Shown here piece after piece: positions 8,924-18,438 of a stretch of 64,000 nucleotides of DNA. The position numbers and the translations under genes were made by a program. Below the pieces are notes generated by a model. The model ran no database searches. It was not told the DNA's origin and saw only the letters and a list, made by a program, of their open reading frames with translations. This stretch comes from Candidatus Sumerlaeaceae bacterium (GTDB lineage: Bacteria > Sumerlaeota > Sumerlaeia > Sumerlaeales > Sumerlaeaceae), in the NCBI GenBank assembly GCA_049968255.1, contig JBMFRB010000002.1, positions 64,001-128,000 of the forward strand. Direction: 5' to 3'. The first letter of the stretch is position 1. Each line of letters begins with the position of its first letter.

Positions 8924-10993
8924 TCATTCGTTGCGATATCTCTGCGTCTCGGAGGTGGAAGTGTCGCAATTCGTAACATCAACCACCGCCACAAGCCCGT
9001 GGGTGAAGAATGGGTGGCTTGCACGATAGAGTCCGCGTTCACGAAAACCATTCAGCAATTTGCAGGGACATGCCGTAATTTCACTGCACCAATCCTCAAG
9101 AGCGCGATCAATGTCCGGATCCACTGCGAAAATCTCCATGGTAAACAATCTTTTTCGCAGACGCTCTTGGATCAAGCTCCCTACCCAGATTCGTTGGGAG
9201 CCAATACAAATTTTCGTGGGCCAAAAGCGAAGGATCAGTCTTATCTGAGCCTTGCGTTTTTCCAGTGTGTACACAGCTGGATGTGCCTCGACAAAAGCAG
9301 GAAAGATCGGCGCCTGAATCTCGCGCGTGTAAAACGCTTGCGGGCGGACAATGCGCCAGCCCTGCCGCTCAAGTCTGTTTGCAAGGTCGGCGGCCTCTCC
9401 TATCACCACCATATCGATGGGCACACTCCGCCTCCCTGTAAGACGAGTGGCGTACCTGGGTAATCCAGCTAGGGACTGCGTAAGTGACGTAAAGCTCTGC
9501 TTGCAACTTGGCCGCACTGTATCAAGCTGCTGAGATGAGGGGGGCACACTACGGAACCCGGCCCAAACGCTCATCGACAAAAGCGCAGCAGCAGCCAGAA
9601 TCATTGTCGCCAACGAACGGCGCTCCTCGCGCCATTGCACTCGGCTGGAAATCGTGGCCATGGCCAGAGCGCTTCCGAGTCCAAGAAGACAGCCGCCGAG
9701 TACGTCCGTAAGGTAATGCACACCGAGATAAACCCGAGAGTACGACACAAGGAAAATGATCGTAATAGCGAGTGCCCCCCATGCTACACGAAGTTGCCGA
9801 TTTTCTGTGTTCCGCCAAGCCCATACACAAGTGGCTGTGAAGAACGCAGAGACCACGGCGCAATGATTGCTTGGAAAAGAAAAACCTGTTGTCGGAAGGA
9901 AAAAAGCATTTTCTGGACGCGGACGTTGCAAAAGCCACTTTATCCCCCAGCCAATAGCCAATCCAAGGGCGGGGCTACCCGCCAGCAAGAGAGCACTGCG
10001 GCGCATCCGAAAGGCTGAGCATACTGTCGCGAGGACTATTGATGTCCACAAGATGGCACGCGGCTCGCCAAGCGAGGTAAGCTTGGCGAGAAAAATCGCA
10101 ATTGCCGGTCGGCGAACCTGTGCCAGGAAATTTACTAAAGCGCTGTCAAAATAGGCAAGGCGATGCGAACGTGTGGCAAACAGTCCAAGTAAAAGCGCCA
10201 CGATCCACAAAACACCAGTTCCTAAAAAGCGCACGGTCGCTCTCCATCCCCACTTTGACGAGAGACTCAATCGCCGCTCGATGAAATGGAAGATTGTAGG
10301 ATTGAACTGACGGCATTGTTGATAGGCCGGACTCGCAACAACACGCCGCCCTAGCCGCTCGATTGCCTGCCCCGCAAAGCCGGCCAAGGCGACCAGTGTG
10401 CGGCTTAGCCATATCGCAATTGCTACCGAGACAAGGCTGACCGCTAGCAACAACGAAAACTCTTCCACATAGTTCGCTGCTTCACGCCAGCCAGCGCCGA
10501 GAATAAATCCCACGCCTAAGTGGACAGCGGTCCAAATAGCGCAGGCAGGGACCATCCACAGCGCGAAGCGTGCGGGGGAATATCGTACTGCTCCCGCGAG
10601 AAATGAAAGAATTGGGCGAAGCACTCCTGAAAATTGGCATAGCACAAAGTAAAAAGGTCCCCATCGGCGGAGCTGGTTTTCTACTGCATCGAGCAAATTG
10701 CGGCGAAAAATCAGGGCATCCTCTGTAAAAAGTCGCCTCCCCTTTTTCCAGCCAATGACATAGTTGCTTATTTCCCCAAGATAGTGAGCAACAAACACAA
10801 TGGCAGCAATTGTTTCGATGTCAAACATCTGTACAAAACACAGAAAGCCGACGAATGCGAGAAAGACCGAACCAGGGAGGAATTGTCCAATTGCGATGAC
10901 AGTTTCGAAAAAAACGACAACAGCAACTATAACGTAGCCCCATGTGCCGAGGCTCGTCAGTAGTTCGCCGACACGGTCGAAAATGTCAGTCAT
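8924..10993 (-). CDS. DedA / PAP2 phosphatase / LssY-like C-terminal fusion membrane protein
   Basis: DedA-like N-terminus (FFETVIAIGQFLPG); PAP2 motifs KWLLQRPRP, FPSNH, SRVYLGVHYLTDV; soluble C-terminus ending VDPDID. Confidence 0.85.
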   Translation of the reverse strand: MTDIFDRVGELLTSLGTWGYVIVAVVVFFETVIAIGQFLPGSVFLAFVGFLCFVQMFDIETIAAIVFVAHYLGEISNYVIGWKKGRRLFTEDALIFRRNLLDAVENQLRRWGPFYFVLCQFSGVLRPILSFLAGAVRYSPARFALWMVPACAIWTAVHLGVGFILGAGWREAANYVEEFSLLLAVSLVSVAIAIWLSRTLVALAGFAGQAIERLGRRVVASPAYQQCRQFNPTIFHFIERRLSLSSKWGWRATVRFLGTGVLWIVALLLGLFATRSHRLAYFDSALVNFLAQVRRPAIAIFLAKLTSLGEPRAILWTSIVLATVCSAFRMRRSALLLAGSPALGLAIGWGIKWLLQRPRPENAFFLPTTGFSFPSNHCAVVSAFFTATCVWAWRNTENRQLRVAWGALAITIIFLVSYSRVYLGVHYLTDVLGGCLLGLGSALAMATISSRVQWREERRSLATMILAAAALLSMSVWAGFRSVPPSSQQLDTVRPSCKQSFTSLTQSLAGLPRYATRLTGRRSVPIDMVVIGEAADLANRLERQGWRIVRPQAFYTREIQAPIFPAFVEAHPAVYTLEKRKAQIRLILRFWPTKICIGSQRIWVGSLIQERLRKRLFTMEIFAVDPDIDRALEDWCSEITACPCKLLNGFRERGLYRASHPFFTHGLVAVVDVTNCDTSTSETQRYRNE

Positions 10994-11585
10994 GGGTAGG
11001 GGCGTAAAGCTCGTACTCACGAATGTAGCCAAGCACCCGCGCGGGAACGAGCATACTCACATCCTTTCCCTGGGCGAGCAGCGTGCGCACATGAGAACTG
11101 CTGAACACTGGCTTGAGCGTCTCCTCCACGGCCCCAGTGTCCTCAATGTGACCAATCCGAGGGATGACGTAGATAGGAAACTCACCCTGCAACGTATCAG
11201 AATCGCGCCAGCGCGGCAACTCCTCCACAAGGTCATCGCCAATGAGCAGGACAATTTCGGTGTCTGGATAATGGGTTTTGAGGTGTCGCAGCGTCTGGAG
11301 AGTGTAACTTGGTGGAGGCAGACTTTCCTCAACCCCAGAGACATGAACGCGGTCGCCAAGATGCTCGAAGGCAATGCGCGTCATGCGCAGCCGGTGGGCA
11401 AACTCTTCAAGCTTTTTCTCAAGTGGATGCTCAAAAGTTGGTGCAACGACCACGAAGTCGAGCTGCCAGCGAAGCAACGCGTAATGCACGGCCAGCACAT
11501 GGGCGATGTGCGGAGGATTGAAGCTTCCGCCAAAAAATCCAATTCGGCGTGGTATGCGGTAGGCTTCCGAGGGAACACCGCTCAT
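10986..11585 (-). CDS. nadD: Nicotinate-nucleotide adenylyltransferase
   Basis: GGSFNPPHIAH, SYTLQTL, LIGDD, SSSHVR, YIREYELY. Confidence 0.92.
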   Translation of the reverse strand: MSGVPSEAYRIPRRIGFFGGSFNPPHIAHVLAVHYALLRWQLDFVVVAPTFEHPLEKKLEEFAHRLRMTRIAFEHLGDRVHVSGVEESLPPPSYTLQTLRHLKTHYPDTEIVLLIGDDLVEELPRWRDSDTLQGEFPIYVIPRIGHIEDTGAVEETLKPVFSSSHVRTLLAQGKDVSMLVPARVLGYIREYELYAPTHD

Positions 11586-12610
11586 TTTGTTCTCCCTGCG
11601 AGATAATGGGTTATCGTTGTCAGGCTCGTACGAAGCGGCTCCGGCAAGGAGGTTAGACATTTCAAAGCTTCCGTACGCAGCTCTTCACAAATGTGCTCTG
11701 CGCGTTGCAACGCACCACACTTTTTAAAGATAGAGATCGCCTTCTCGATATCATCAGGCGTAGTTAGTTCACGTGGGAGATCTAGAATGCGAAGCAGCTC
11801 GTCAAGATCGGCCTTTCCCGCATGTTCGCAAGCGTAGGCCACCATGAAACTCCGCTTGCCTTCGCGAATATCCGAGCCGATTTCTTTGCGTCCTTTGCCT
11901 TGTGTGAGATCGATGAGATCGTCGCGAATCTGAAAGAGTGGGCCGATAAACAATCCGTAACTATTCAGGGCCTCTTCTATTTCCTGGGGTGCCTCCGCAA
12001 CAAATGCTCCGGCGATCAGCGGAGCTGCGAGATAGTAACCAGTTTTCTCGCGCACGACTTTCAGATACTGGTCAATGGTAATGCGCTGATCACGCATGTT
12101 GATATCCATGGCTTGGCCTCGATGTGTATGATCCAATGTTGCAGCCATCAGTGCGAAAAAGCGCAAGACGGTGCTCTCCGGCAAGCAGTCAAGGCCGGAG
12201 AGAAGCGCACTAAAAATCTTGGTAAACAAATAATCACCGATGTTAATAGCATGGGGCACGCCGTATTTCTTCCACACAGCAGGGCGTCCGCGTCGGTATT
12301 CGTCCCCGTCTTCAAGATCGTCATGCACCAGGCAAAAATTGTGCATAAGCTCGATCGCCGCGGCAAAAGGCATCGCGTGCTCAGTCTTGCCGCCGAGCTG
12401 TCTCGCTACTAGTAGGCACAGAACAGGTCTAAGGCGCTTGCCGTGTCCTGTTGCACCCTCGTCGAGTTCAAGCGCATATTCGAGCGCGTCGTCGAGATTG
12501 GGAATGGGTTCCTCCGGCGGCGCCACGAGCTGGCTCAAATAGTCTTCCACGGCCAGTGCAGCTTGGCTAAAAAAAGTTTCAAGTTCTGGTGTGAGAAGTC
12601 CGGTTTTCAT
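11582..12610 (-). CDS. Polyprenyl diphosphate synthase (GGPPS/IspA family)
   Basis: GKRLRP, first Asp-rich motif LVHDDLED..RRG, GQAMD, KT, second motif FQIRDDLID. Confidence 0.93.
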   Translation of the reverse strand: MKTGLLTPELETFFSQAALAVEDYLSQLVAPPEEPIPNLDDALEYALELDEGATGHGKRLRPVLCLLVARQLGGKTEHAMPFAAAIELMHNFCLVHDDLEDGDEYRRGRPAVWKKYGVPHAINIGDYLFTKIFSALLSGLDCLPESTVLRFFALMAATLDHTHRGQAMDINMRDQRITIDQYLKVVREKTGYYLAAPLIAGAFVAEAPQEIEEALNSYGLFIGPLFQIRDDLIDLTQGKGRKEIGSDIREGKRSFMVAYACEHAGKADLDELLRILDLPRELTTPDDIEKAISIFKKCGALQRAEHICEELRTEALKCLTSLPEPLRTSLTTITHYLAGRTK

Positions 12611-12634
12611 TGGTACTCATTACGGCGCAGTTCT

Positions 12635-13453
12635 ATGGGAAAATTGAAGCAAAAACTGCGAGAGGAACAGATCTGCCGACAAGGGGAAGCGGTGACGGCT
12701 ACCTCACAAGCCATTCGTTTGCACAAGTTTCTTGCCCAGTGTGGTTACGGCTCGCGACGCAGCTGCGAAGAGATGATCCGTCAAGGGCGAGTGGTAGTGA
12801 ACGGCCTCCAAGTGCGAGAGATGGGTGTGAAAATTGTGCCGGGCAGAGATTGTGTAGCCGTTGATGGCAAGCCGGTCCTTACTCTGCGTGAGCCACTAGC
12901 TTATTATGTTATCAATAAACCACCTGGCTACATCACATCTCGGCAAGACGAGCGTGGACGCCCGACTGTTTTTGAGCTGCTCCGCGATGTTCCAGAGCAT
13001 GTGTTCCCTGTCGGCCGCCTCGACAAAGATTCCGAAGGACTTTTGCTTCTCACAAATGACGGCGAGCTTGCTCACCGGCTTATGCATCCATCGTTTCGCG
13101 TGGAAAAAGAGTATTGGGTGGAAGTGCAGGGGTATCTCGATGAGGAAGCTATTTCGAGGCTTGAATCCGGCCTTACGTTCGAAGGTGTGCGCTACGAGCC
13201 AGCACGGGTTCGATTGATTTCGCGCAGTCCTGAGAAGAGCTACGCCACAATCACGATCAGCGAAGGGAAAAAGCGTCAGGTGCGGCGCATGTGTCTTGCT
13301 GTTGGGCATCCCGTGCAACGACTCGTCCGAATTCGTGAAGGATGCCTCGTGCTCAACAAGCTCAGGCCGGGAGAATACCGTCGCCTAACGCCTAGCGAAA
13401 TTCATGACCTTCGCCGCGAAGCTCGCCTCGACCCTGTGCCTGAGGATCAGTAG
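12635..13453 (+). CDS. rluB: rRNA pseudouridine synthase, RsuA/RluB family
   Basis: S4 domain (RLHKFLA..SRR), NKPPG, catalytic GRLDKDSEGLLLLTNDG. Confidence 0.88.
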   Translation: MGKLKQKLREEQICRQGEAVTATSQAIRLHKFLAQCGYGSRRSCEEMIRQGRVVVNGLQVREMGVKIVPGRDCVAVDGKPVLTLREPLAYYVINKPPGYITSRQDERGRPTVFELLRDVPEHVFPVGRLDKDSEGLLLLTNDGELAHRLMHPSFRVEKEYWVEVQGYLDEEAISRLESGLTFEGVRYEPARVRLISRSPEKSYATITISEGKKRQVRRMCLAVGHPVQRLVRIREGCLVLNKLRPGEYRRLTPSEIHDLRREARLDPVPEDQ

Positions 13454-14352
13454 CCGCGTCCCTGTGCAGCTGCGCCTTTCACGATGCTCACGCTTGCGCT
13501 TGCGCCAAGGCGGCTAGCGCCGCTTTCCATCATCTTCTGTGCGGTCGAACAGTCGCGAATGCCCCCAGATGCTTTTACGCCCATGTCATCTCCGACAATG
13601 CGGCGCATGAGCGCAATATCCTCAGGGGTTGCGCCACCCGGACCAAAGCCGGTCGACGTCTTGACAAAGTCAGCTCCTGCTGCTTTGGCCAGCACACATC
13701 CAGCAATCTTTTGGTCTTCGTTCAAAAGCCCTGTTTCGAGAATGACCTTTACAATGTGTCCGGCTGCGGCTTTCACGACTGCGTGGATATCATCGTAGAC
13801 GTAAGCGTAATTGCCGGCCTGAAGTTGCCCCACATTAATGACCATGTCGATCTCATCGGCGCCGTGCGAAACAGCGTAGCGCGTTTCGAAAGCTTTGGCA
13901 TCTGTGCTCATCGCACCAAGCGGAAAGCCAACGACGGCGCACACCTTTACCCCTGAGCCGGCAAGCAGGCGCGCGCAGAGCTCGACATAGGCACTGTTTA
14001 CACACACACTGGCGAAGTGATATTGCAGGGCTTCAGCGCACAATCGCTCAATGTCTTTCTCTGTCGCATTCGGCTTGAGGAGCGTATGATCAATATAACG
14101 CGCTAAATCTTCGCACCGAAATTTCTCACCACCCGTGCAGACGATGCGCTCCGCTCCGCGACGAATCATTTCGCGGCTTGTCTCTATCAGCTCTCGTTGC
14201 GAATTCTCCTCTTGCGGAAGCTCGCCTGCTCGCACCGAGGTCAGGGGGTGCATTGCCGGATCTGTTGGGGCCTGCTGGTTCAAGACGATCGTGACTCGTC
14301 GAACGACTTCTTCGACAATAGCGCTAAGCTCTTCCGGCCGAAAATGGTCCAT
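13447..14352 (-). CDS. deoC: Deoxyribose-phosphate aldolase with N-terminal extension
   Basis: IDHTLLKP, VGFPLG, DEIDMV, KVILET, FVKTSTGF, VKASGGIR. Confidence 0.95.
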   Translation of the reverse strand: MDHFRPEELSAIVEEVVRRVTIVLNQQAPTDPAMHPLTSVRAGELPQEENSQRELIETSREMIRRGAERIVCTGGEKFRCEDLARYIDHTLLKPNATEKDIERLCAEALQYHFASVCVNSAYVELCARLLAGSGVKVCAVVGFPLGAMSTDAKAFETRYAVSHGADEIDMVINVGQLQAGNYAYVYDDIHAVVKAAAGHIVKVILETGLLNEDQKIAGCVLAKAAGADFVKTSTGFGPGGATPEDIALMRRIVGDDMGVKASGGIRDCSTAQKMMESGASRLGASASVSIVKGAAAQGRGY

Positions 14353-14357
14353 AAGTC

Positions 14358-15893
14358 TTAAGACTCCTTGTTCGGAGCAGGCTCTTGCTCTCGGTTTTCC
14401 TCATCGCTGCGGAGCATCTCAGGCTTGAGCAGCGGAAACAGAATCACATCGCGGATCGAGGGAGAGTTTGTCAAGATCATCACGAGGCGATCAATGCCGA
14501 TCCCTAGGCCGCTCGCAGGCGGCATTCCGTATTCGAGCGCGCGAATGTAGTCTTCATCCATCTGATGTGCCTCCTCGTCTCCGCGGTCCCGCGCTTCCAT
14601 CTGTTCCTTGAACCGTAGGAACTGCTCTTGGGGGTCGTTGAGTTCGGAATAGCCGTTTGCGATCTCCATTCCCCCGATGTAGAGTTCGAAGCGCTCGGCG
14701 ACAAGTGGATCCGTCGGCTTGGATTTTGCGAGGGGGCTCACTGCCTTAGCAAATTCTGTGATGAAAATGGGCCCCGTGAGTTGAGGCTCAACTAACGCCT
14801 CGAACATGTCTATAATCATCTGGTACGACGGGCCGTCAAACTCCGGCGTGAAAAAGGGCGCAATTTTTTCCTTCGTCAGATGCGGTGGATCATCCCAGCG
14901 AAGTTCAAGATTCTCTGCGCCAGAAACAAACTTTCGGATAGCATCGAGGTAAGTAAGGCGCGGGAACGGCGGGCCAAGGTCAAATTCCTGTCCGTCGAAC
15001 ACAAATTTAGTCGTGCCGAAAACGCGCAGCGCCACTTCCCGGATGGCTTTCTCGGTCAGATTCATTGTGTTGCGGTAATCCCAGTAAGCGGTGTAAAGCT
15101 CGAGCATGGTGAACTCAGGATTGTGGCGCGTCGAGATCCCTTCGTTGCGAAAATTCCGGTTTATCTCGAAAATCTTCTCGAATCCACCGACCATAAGACG
15201 TTTCAGGTAGAGCTCCGGGGCGATCCGCAGATAGAGGTCTATGTTGAGCGCATTGTGGTGGGTCTTGAACGGCCGCGCATTTGCTCCGCCGCAAATCGGA
15301 TGCATCATAGGGGTTTCGACCTCGAGGTAGCCCAGGTCCATGAGATATTGACGCATCGTCGCGACAATTTGGCTGCGCTTCACGAAGGTGGCCCTCACAT
15401 GATCGTTGACGATCAAGTCCACGTAGCGCTGCCGATATCGCGTTTCCTGATCGCGCAGGCCGTGCCATTTCTCCGGTAGCGGACGCATGGATTTCGCAAG
15501 AATCTGATAATCGTGTGCAAGAACCGTGAGTTCGCCTGTCCGCGTGATAAAGACTTCTCCCTCGACTCCCACGAGGTCGCCCACGTCGGAGTAGGTCTTC
15601 AGCACGTAAAATCCACGTTCGGGAACCATGTCTACTTTGACGTAGCACTGCAGCGCCCCGGTCTCGTCCTTCAGGTGCAAGAACGCTGCCTTGCCCATCA
15701 TTCGAAGAGCAATGATACGTCCAGCAACGCGAACTGTTTCCTTCGATGCGATCAATGCCTCGGAGTTATTCTTCACAGCCTGCGTGCTATGAGTGGGATT
15801 CCAGCGATGAACAAAAGGCTCGATATTCTCGCCCCTCATCCGTTGCGCCTTTTGATAGCGGCCGCGGATGATTTCGTTCCAGTCATGTAGCAT
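14358..15893 (-). CDS. lysS: Lysine--tRNA ligase (class II)
   Basis: RYRQRYVDL, LRIAPELYLKRL, FRNEG, HNPEFT, GLGIGIDRL. Confidence 0.98.
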   Translation of the reverse strand: MLHDWNEIIRGRYQKAQRMRGENIEPFVHRWNPTHSTQAVKNNSEALIASKETVRVAGRIIALRMMGKAAFLHLKDETGALQCYVKVDMVPERGFYVLKTYSDVGDLVGVEGEVFITRTGELTVLAHDYQILAKSMRPLPEKWHGLRDQETRYRQRYVDLIVNDHVRATFVKRSQIVATMRQYLMDLGYLEVETPMMHPICGGANARPFKTHHNALNIDLYLRIAPELYLKRLMVGGFEKIFEINRNFRNEGISTRHNPEFTMLELYTAYWDYRNTMNLTEKAIREVALRVFGTTKFVFDGQEFDLGPPFPRLTYLDAIRKFVSGAENLELRWDDPPHLTKEKIAPFFTPEFDGPSYQMIIDMFEALVEPQLTGPIFITEFAKAVSPLAKSKPTDPLVAERFELYIGGMEIANGYSELNDPQEQFLRFKEQMEARDRGDEEAHQMDEDYIRALEYGMPPASGLGIGIDRLVMILTNSPSIRDVILFPLLKPEMLRSDEENREQEPAPNKES

Positions 15894-15901
15894 AAAACGT
15901 C

Positions 15902-16219
15902 CTATAACTTGCGTAAAGTCTGATCGAGTCGTTCGATGATGTCGTTGACGCGGCGCTTCACTTCTTCGGTGAGCCCGACTTCAGCATGGATGTCGTCTTT
16001 GAGTTTAAACAGCTCCACGGCGATCATCAAAGCCGCCTGAATGGCGAGTCGACCGGTGTCGCGACTGCTGCCCGCATCGTGCAGCTGGCGGATCATCTGG
16101 TCCACGTACTGGCCCGCTTCTTCGAGCCGCTGTCGCTCATTCGCAGGCGCGCGCACCACAAAGCGCTGGCCGTAGATGTCGAGCTCTACGGTGACCATGT
16201 TCGAAGAAAGATCACTCAT
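15902..16219 (-). CDS. zapA: Cell division protein ZapA
   Basis: VELDIYGQRF, A.YVD, LAIQAALMIA and a C-terminal coil. Confidence 0.85.
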   Translation of the reverse strand: MSDLSSNMVTVELDIYGQRFVVRAPANERQRLEEAGQYVDQMIRQLHDAGSSRDTGRLAIQAALMIAVELFKLKDDIHAEVGLTEEVKRRVNDIIERLDQTLRKL

Positions 16220-16520
16220 TTTGCATGCCGGCTTGGAGCTGTCCGATCTCGTTCTCCAAAACGTCCAGTCGGTTGAGAACCGCTTGCAGACGGTCGCGTG
16301 CAGCGGCTTCCTTATCATCGCGGCTGTTGAGCTCGCGTTCTAATTCTCGGATGCGATCCTGCAGACGAACGTTCTCTTCATCCGTTTTTTTCTTTTCTTC
16401 TGCAATCTGCAACAGTTCTGCGTTATGAGCTTGCAATTGGGCGATCCGCCGCTTGGCTTCTTCGATTTTGGCGACAAGCGCGCCGATCTTGCGTTCAAGT
16501 TCTTCGATGCGATCCAGCAT
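16212..16520 (-). CDS. ZapB-like coiled-coil protein
   Basis: All heptad coiled coil (LDRIEELERKI...), directly upstream of and overlapping zapA. Confidence 0.7.
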   Translation of the reverse strand: MLDRIEELERKIGALVAKIEEAKRRIAQLQAHNAELLQIAEEKKKTDEENVRLQDRIRELERELNSRDDKEAAARDRLQAVLNRLDVLENEIGQLQAGMQNE

Positions 16521-16684
16521 ATTCCACGGTCTCCAGCGAGAGTTCAGTTGATTTGTTCGAACGCTGTGCCAACAGCTAGAAGCGTTCAAGAGAAATTCGG
16601 CAGTGACAAAGAATTCTTGTGCCCAGCTGGCCGCAAGAGCATTGGGTCGCTGCCGTATCTTTTCATCGGAGACGGGTGAACATC

Positions 16685-17296
16685 GTGAGTACTCTTTTGC
16701 CTCAGAGTCTCGAAAAGCTTGTCGAAGAGCTTTCACGCTTGCCGACGATCGGCAAAAAAACAGCGCAGCGTCTCGCTTTTCACATTGTCCGCCATTCCCC
16801 GCCAATGGCGCAAAATCTCGCAGGGGCGCTTAACGAAGTGGGTGCACGTGTGCGCGCATGTCGGCAGTGCGGCTTTTTGGCCGAAGACGAACTATGCTGC
16901 ATCTGCACGGATCCCCGCCGGCGCACCACCACCATCTGCGTTGTCGAAGAGCCGTTTGATGTGGTCGCGTTTGAAAAAGCTGGTGCTTATGATGGCCTAT
17001 ACCATGTGTTGCAAGGACGGATCTCACCTCTCCACGGCCTCATGCCGGAAAATTTGACGATTGCCCAGCTGCTTCAGCGCGTCGCAAAGGCCGAACCAAA
17101 AGTCGAAGAAGTCATTCTTGCCACTTCGCCAACTGTAGACGGTGATGCCACCGCTCTCTATGTTGCGGAGCAGTTACGCGCAAGGAATTGTCGGATCACG
17201 CGCATAGGAGTGGGTGTTTCAATCGGTTCGAGCCTGGAGTTAACCGACGAACTCACTCTGCGCCACGCGCTGGAGCGAAGGCAGGAATTAGACTAG
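16685..17296 (+). CDS. recR: Recombination mediator RecR
   Basis: LPTIGKKTAQRLA (HhH), C4 zinc finger, ICVVE, TOPRIM EVILAT..DGDAT. Confidence 0.95.
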   Translation: MSTLLPQSLEKLVEELSRLPTIGKKTAQRLAFHIVRHSPPMAQNLAGALNEVGARVRACRQCGFLAEDELCCICTDPRRRTTTICVVEEPFDVVAFEKAGAYDGLYHVLQGRISPLHGLMPENLTIAQLLQRVAKAEPKVEEVILATSPTVDGDATALYVAEQLRARNCRITRIGVGVSIGSSLELTDELTLRHALERRQELD

Positions 17297-17307
17297 CTGA
17301 CAGGCTG

Positions 17308-17721
17308 CTACTCTTCGAGCGTTTCTATTCCCTGGGCTTTGAGAAGATTTTCCACCTTGCTTGGAGTCTGGACTCCAAGGATAGCTACGGCTTTCTTAGC
17401 TTTGCCAGCCACACATGTGTAAATATAGTCCAAGTTTATCTTGTTTTCTGCGAGGATGTGCAGGGCACGGTCCAGTGCCCCAGGTTCGTCTTGCAAAAGA
17501 ACGGCTACAGCTGCCCCAACTTCCACTTGGTAACCGCAATCCTCGAGCGCTTCTTGCGCTTGTTTCGGTTTGTCCACCACCAAACGAACCCAACCTGTTT
17601 TCCCTGCACTCGATGCCGTGATACCACGAATGTTTATTTGGACCTCAGCCAAAATCGTCGTAACTTGAACAAGTTGACCTGGTTGATTGCGAATTTGAAG
17701 GGCCAATTCCGTAACCGACAT
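17308..17721 (-). CDS. Tandem ACT domain protein
   Basis: Two ACT repeats: NQPGQL..LAEVQINI and DEPGAL..LAENKINLDYIY. Confidence 0.9.
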   Translation of the reverse strand: MSVTELALQIRNQPGQLVQVTTILAEVQINIRGITASSAGKTGWVRLVVDKPKQAQEALEDCGYQVEVGAAVAVLLQDEPGALDRALHILAENKINLDYIYTCVAGKAKKAVAILGVQTPSKVENLLKAQGIETLEE

Positions 17722-17731
17722 AGTTCGCGAT

Positions 17732-17860
17732 CGCCTCACTATCCGTAGTGCTGTTCACTATTACTCTAAGCGAAGATGCTAAATTCAAGGCAGTGAGGCG
17801 TAATCTACCCTCCGCCTCAAGCCAGACGGTTTCCTGCCGCCAAAAACCGGAAGGGTAGGC
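17732..17860 (-). promoter_or_regulatory. Candidate structured 5' leader of the ACT gene with alternative pairings
   Basis: 17732-17740 is complementary to 17792-17800; 17794-17800 to 17813-17819; 17805-17814 to 17848-17858. Confidence 0.4.
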
Positions 17861-18067
17861 TTTTTTATCATAGGGCGAACGCAATTGTTGGTGATACGCA
17901 TGGCTACTCTTTGAGTGGTTTATGGGTTCTCTAAGTGATAAATCCTTGCTAAAATTCAATTGGTCCTGCCTGTGAGGAAGTTTTCCTCAGCGTTTTTTCG
18001 TGACAAATGAAGACCATGTCATTAGCTAAGTAGGTACTAATAAGTTTTTGAAACGGAGGTATAGCTC

Positions 18068-18355
18068 ATGAAAATCACTCTCGAAAAGGGTGAGAACCTT
18101 GAAGTCGTTATCGTGGATAAAGATAAAGTCATCGGCAAGCTTGTCTTACAACTTAGTAGGCTCCCTGTCTTAGCGGTTGAAAAAGCTTCAGCTGCAGTCG
18201 CGGAACCCAAAGCAGACGCTCCGGCTAAGAAGACGCGCAAGCGCTCCCTTTCGCCGGAGGCTCGTGCGCGGCTTGCTCAGGCCCAGCGTGAACGTTGGGC
18301 ACGCGTGCGTGCTATGAAAGAGCAACAGGGCGGAGGCCAAGAAGCTAGTCAGTAA
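18068..18355 (+). CDS. Small basic protein, possibly DNA-binding
   Basis: GGAGGT RBS, AT-rich upstream region, KKTRKRSLSPEARARLAQAQRERWARVR segment. Confidence 0.7.
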   Translation: MKITLEKGENLEVVIVDKDKVIGKLVLQLSRLPVLAVEKASAAVAEPKADAPAKKTRKRSLSPEARARLAQAQRERWARVRAMKEQQGGGQEASQ

Positions 18356-18438
18356 CTTCGGCCTCGGAATTCCTTAAAATTAGGTAGCCTAACCCAAAGT
18401 GTTGCATGCGCCCGACGTTTTCTGCGAGGTGATTTTTT

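Noticed and set aside
15894-15901. 6S RNA often found downstream of zapA
   Set aside because: Only 8 nt separate zapA from lysS, so there is no room.
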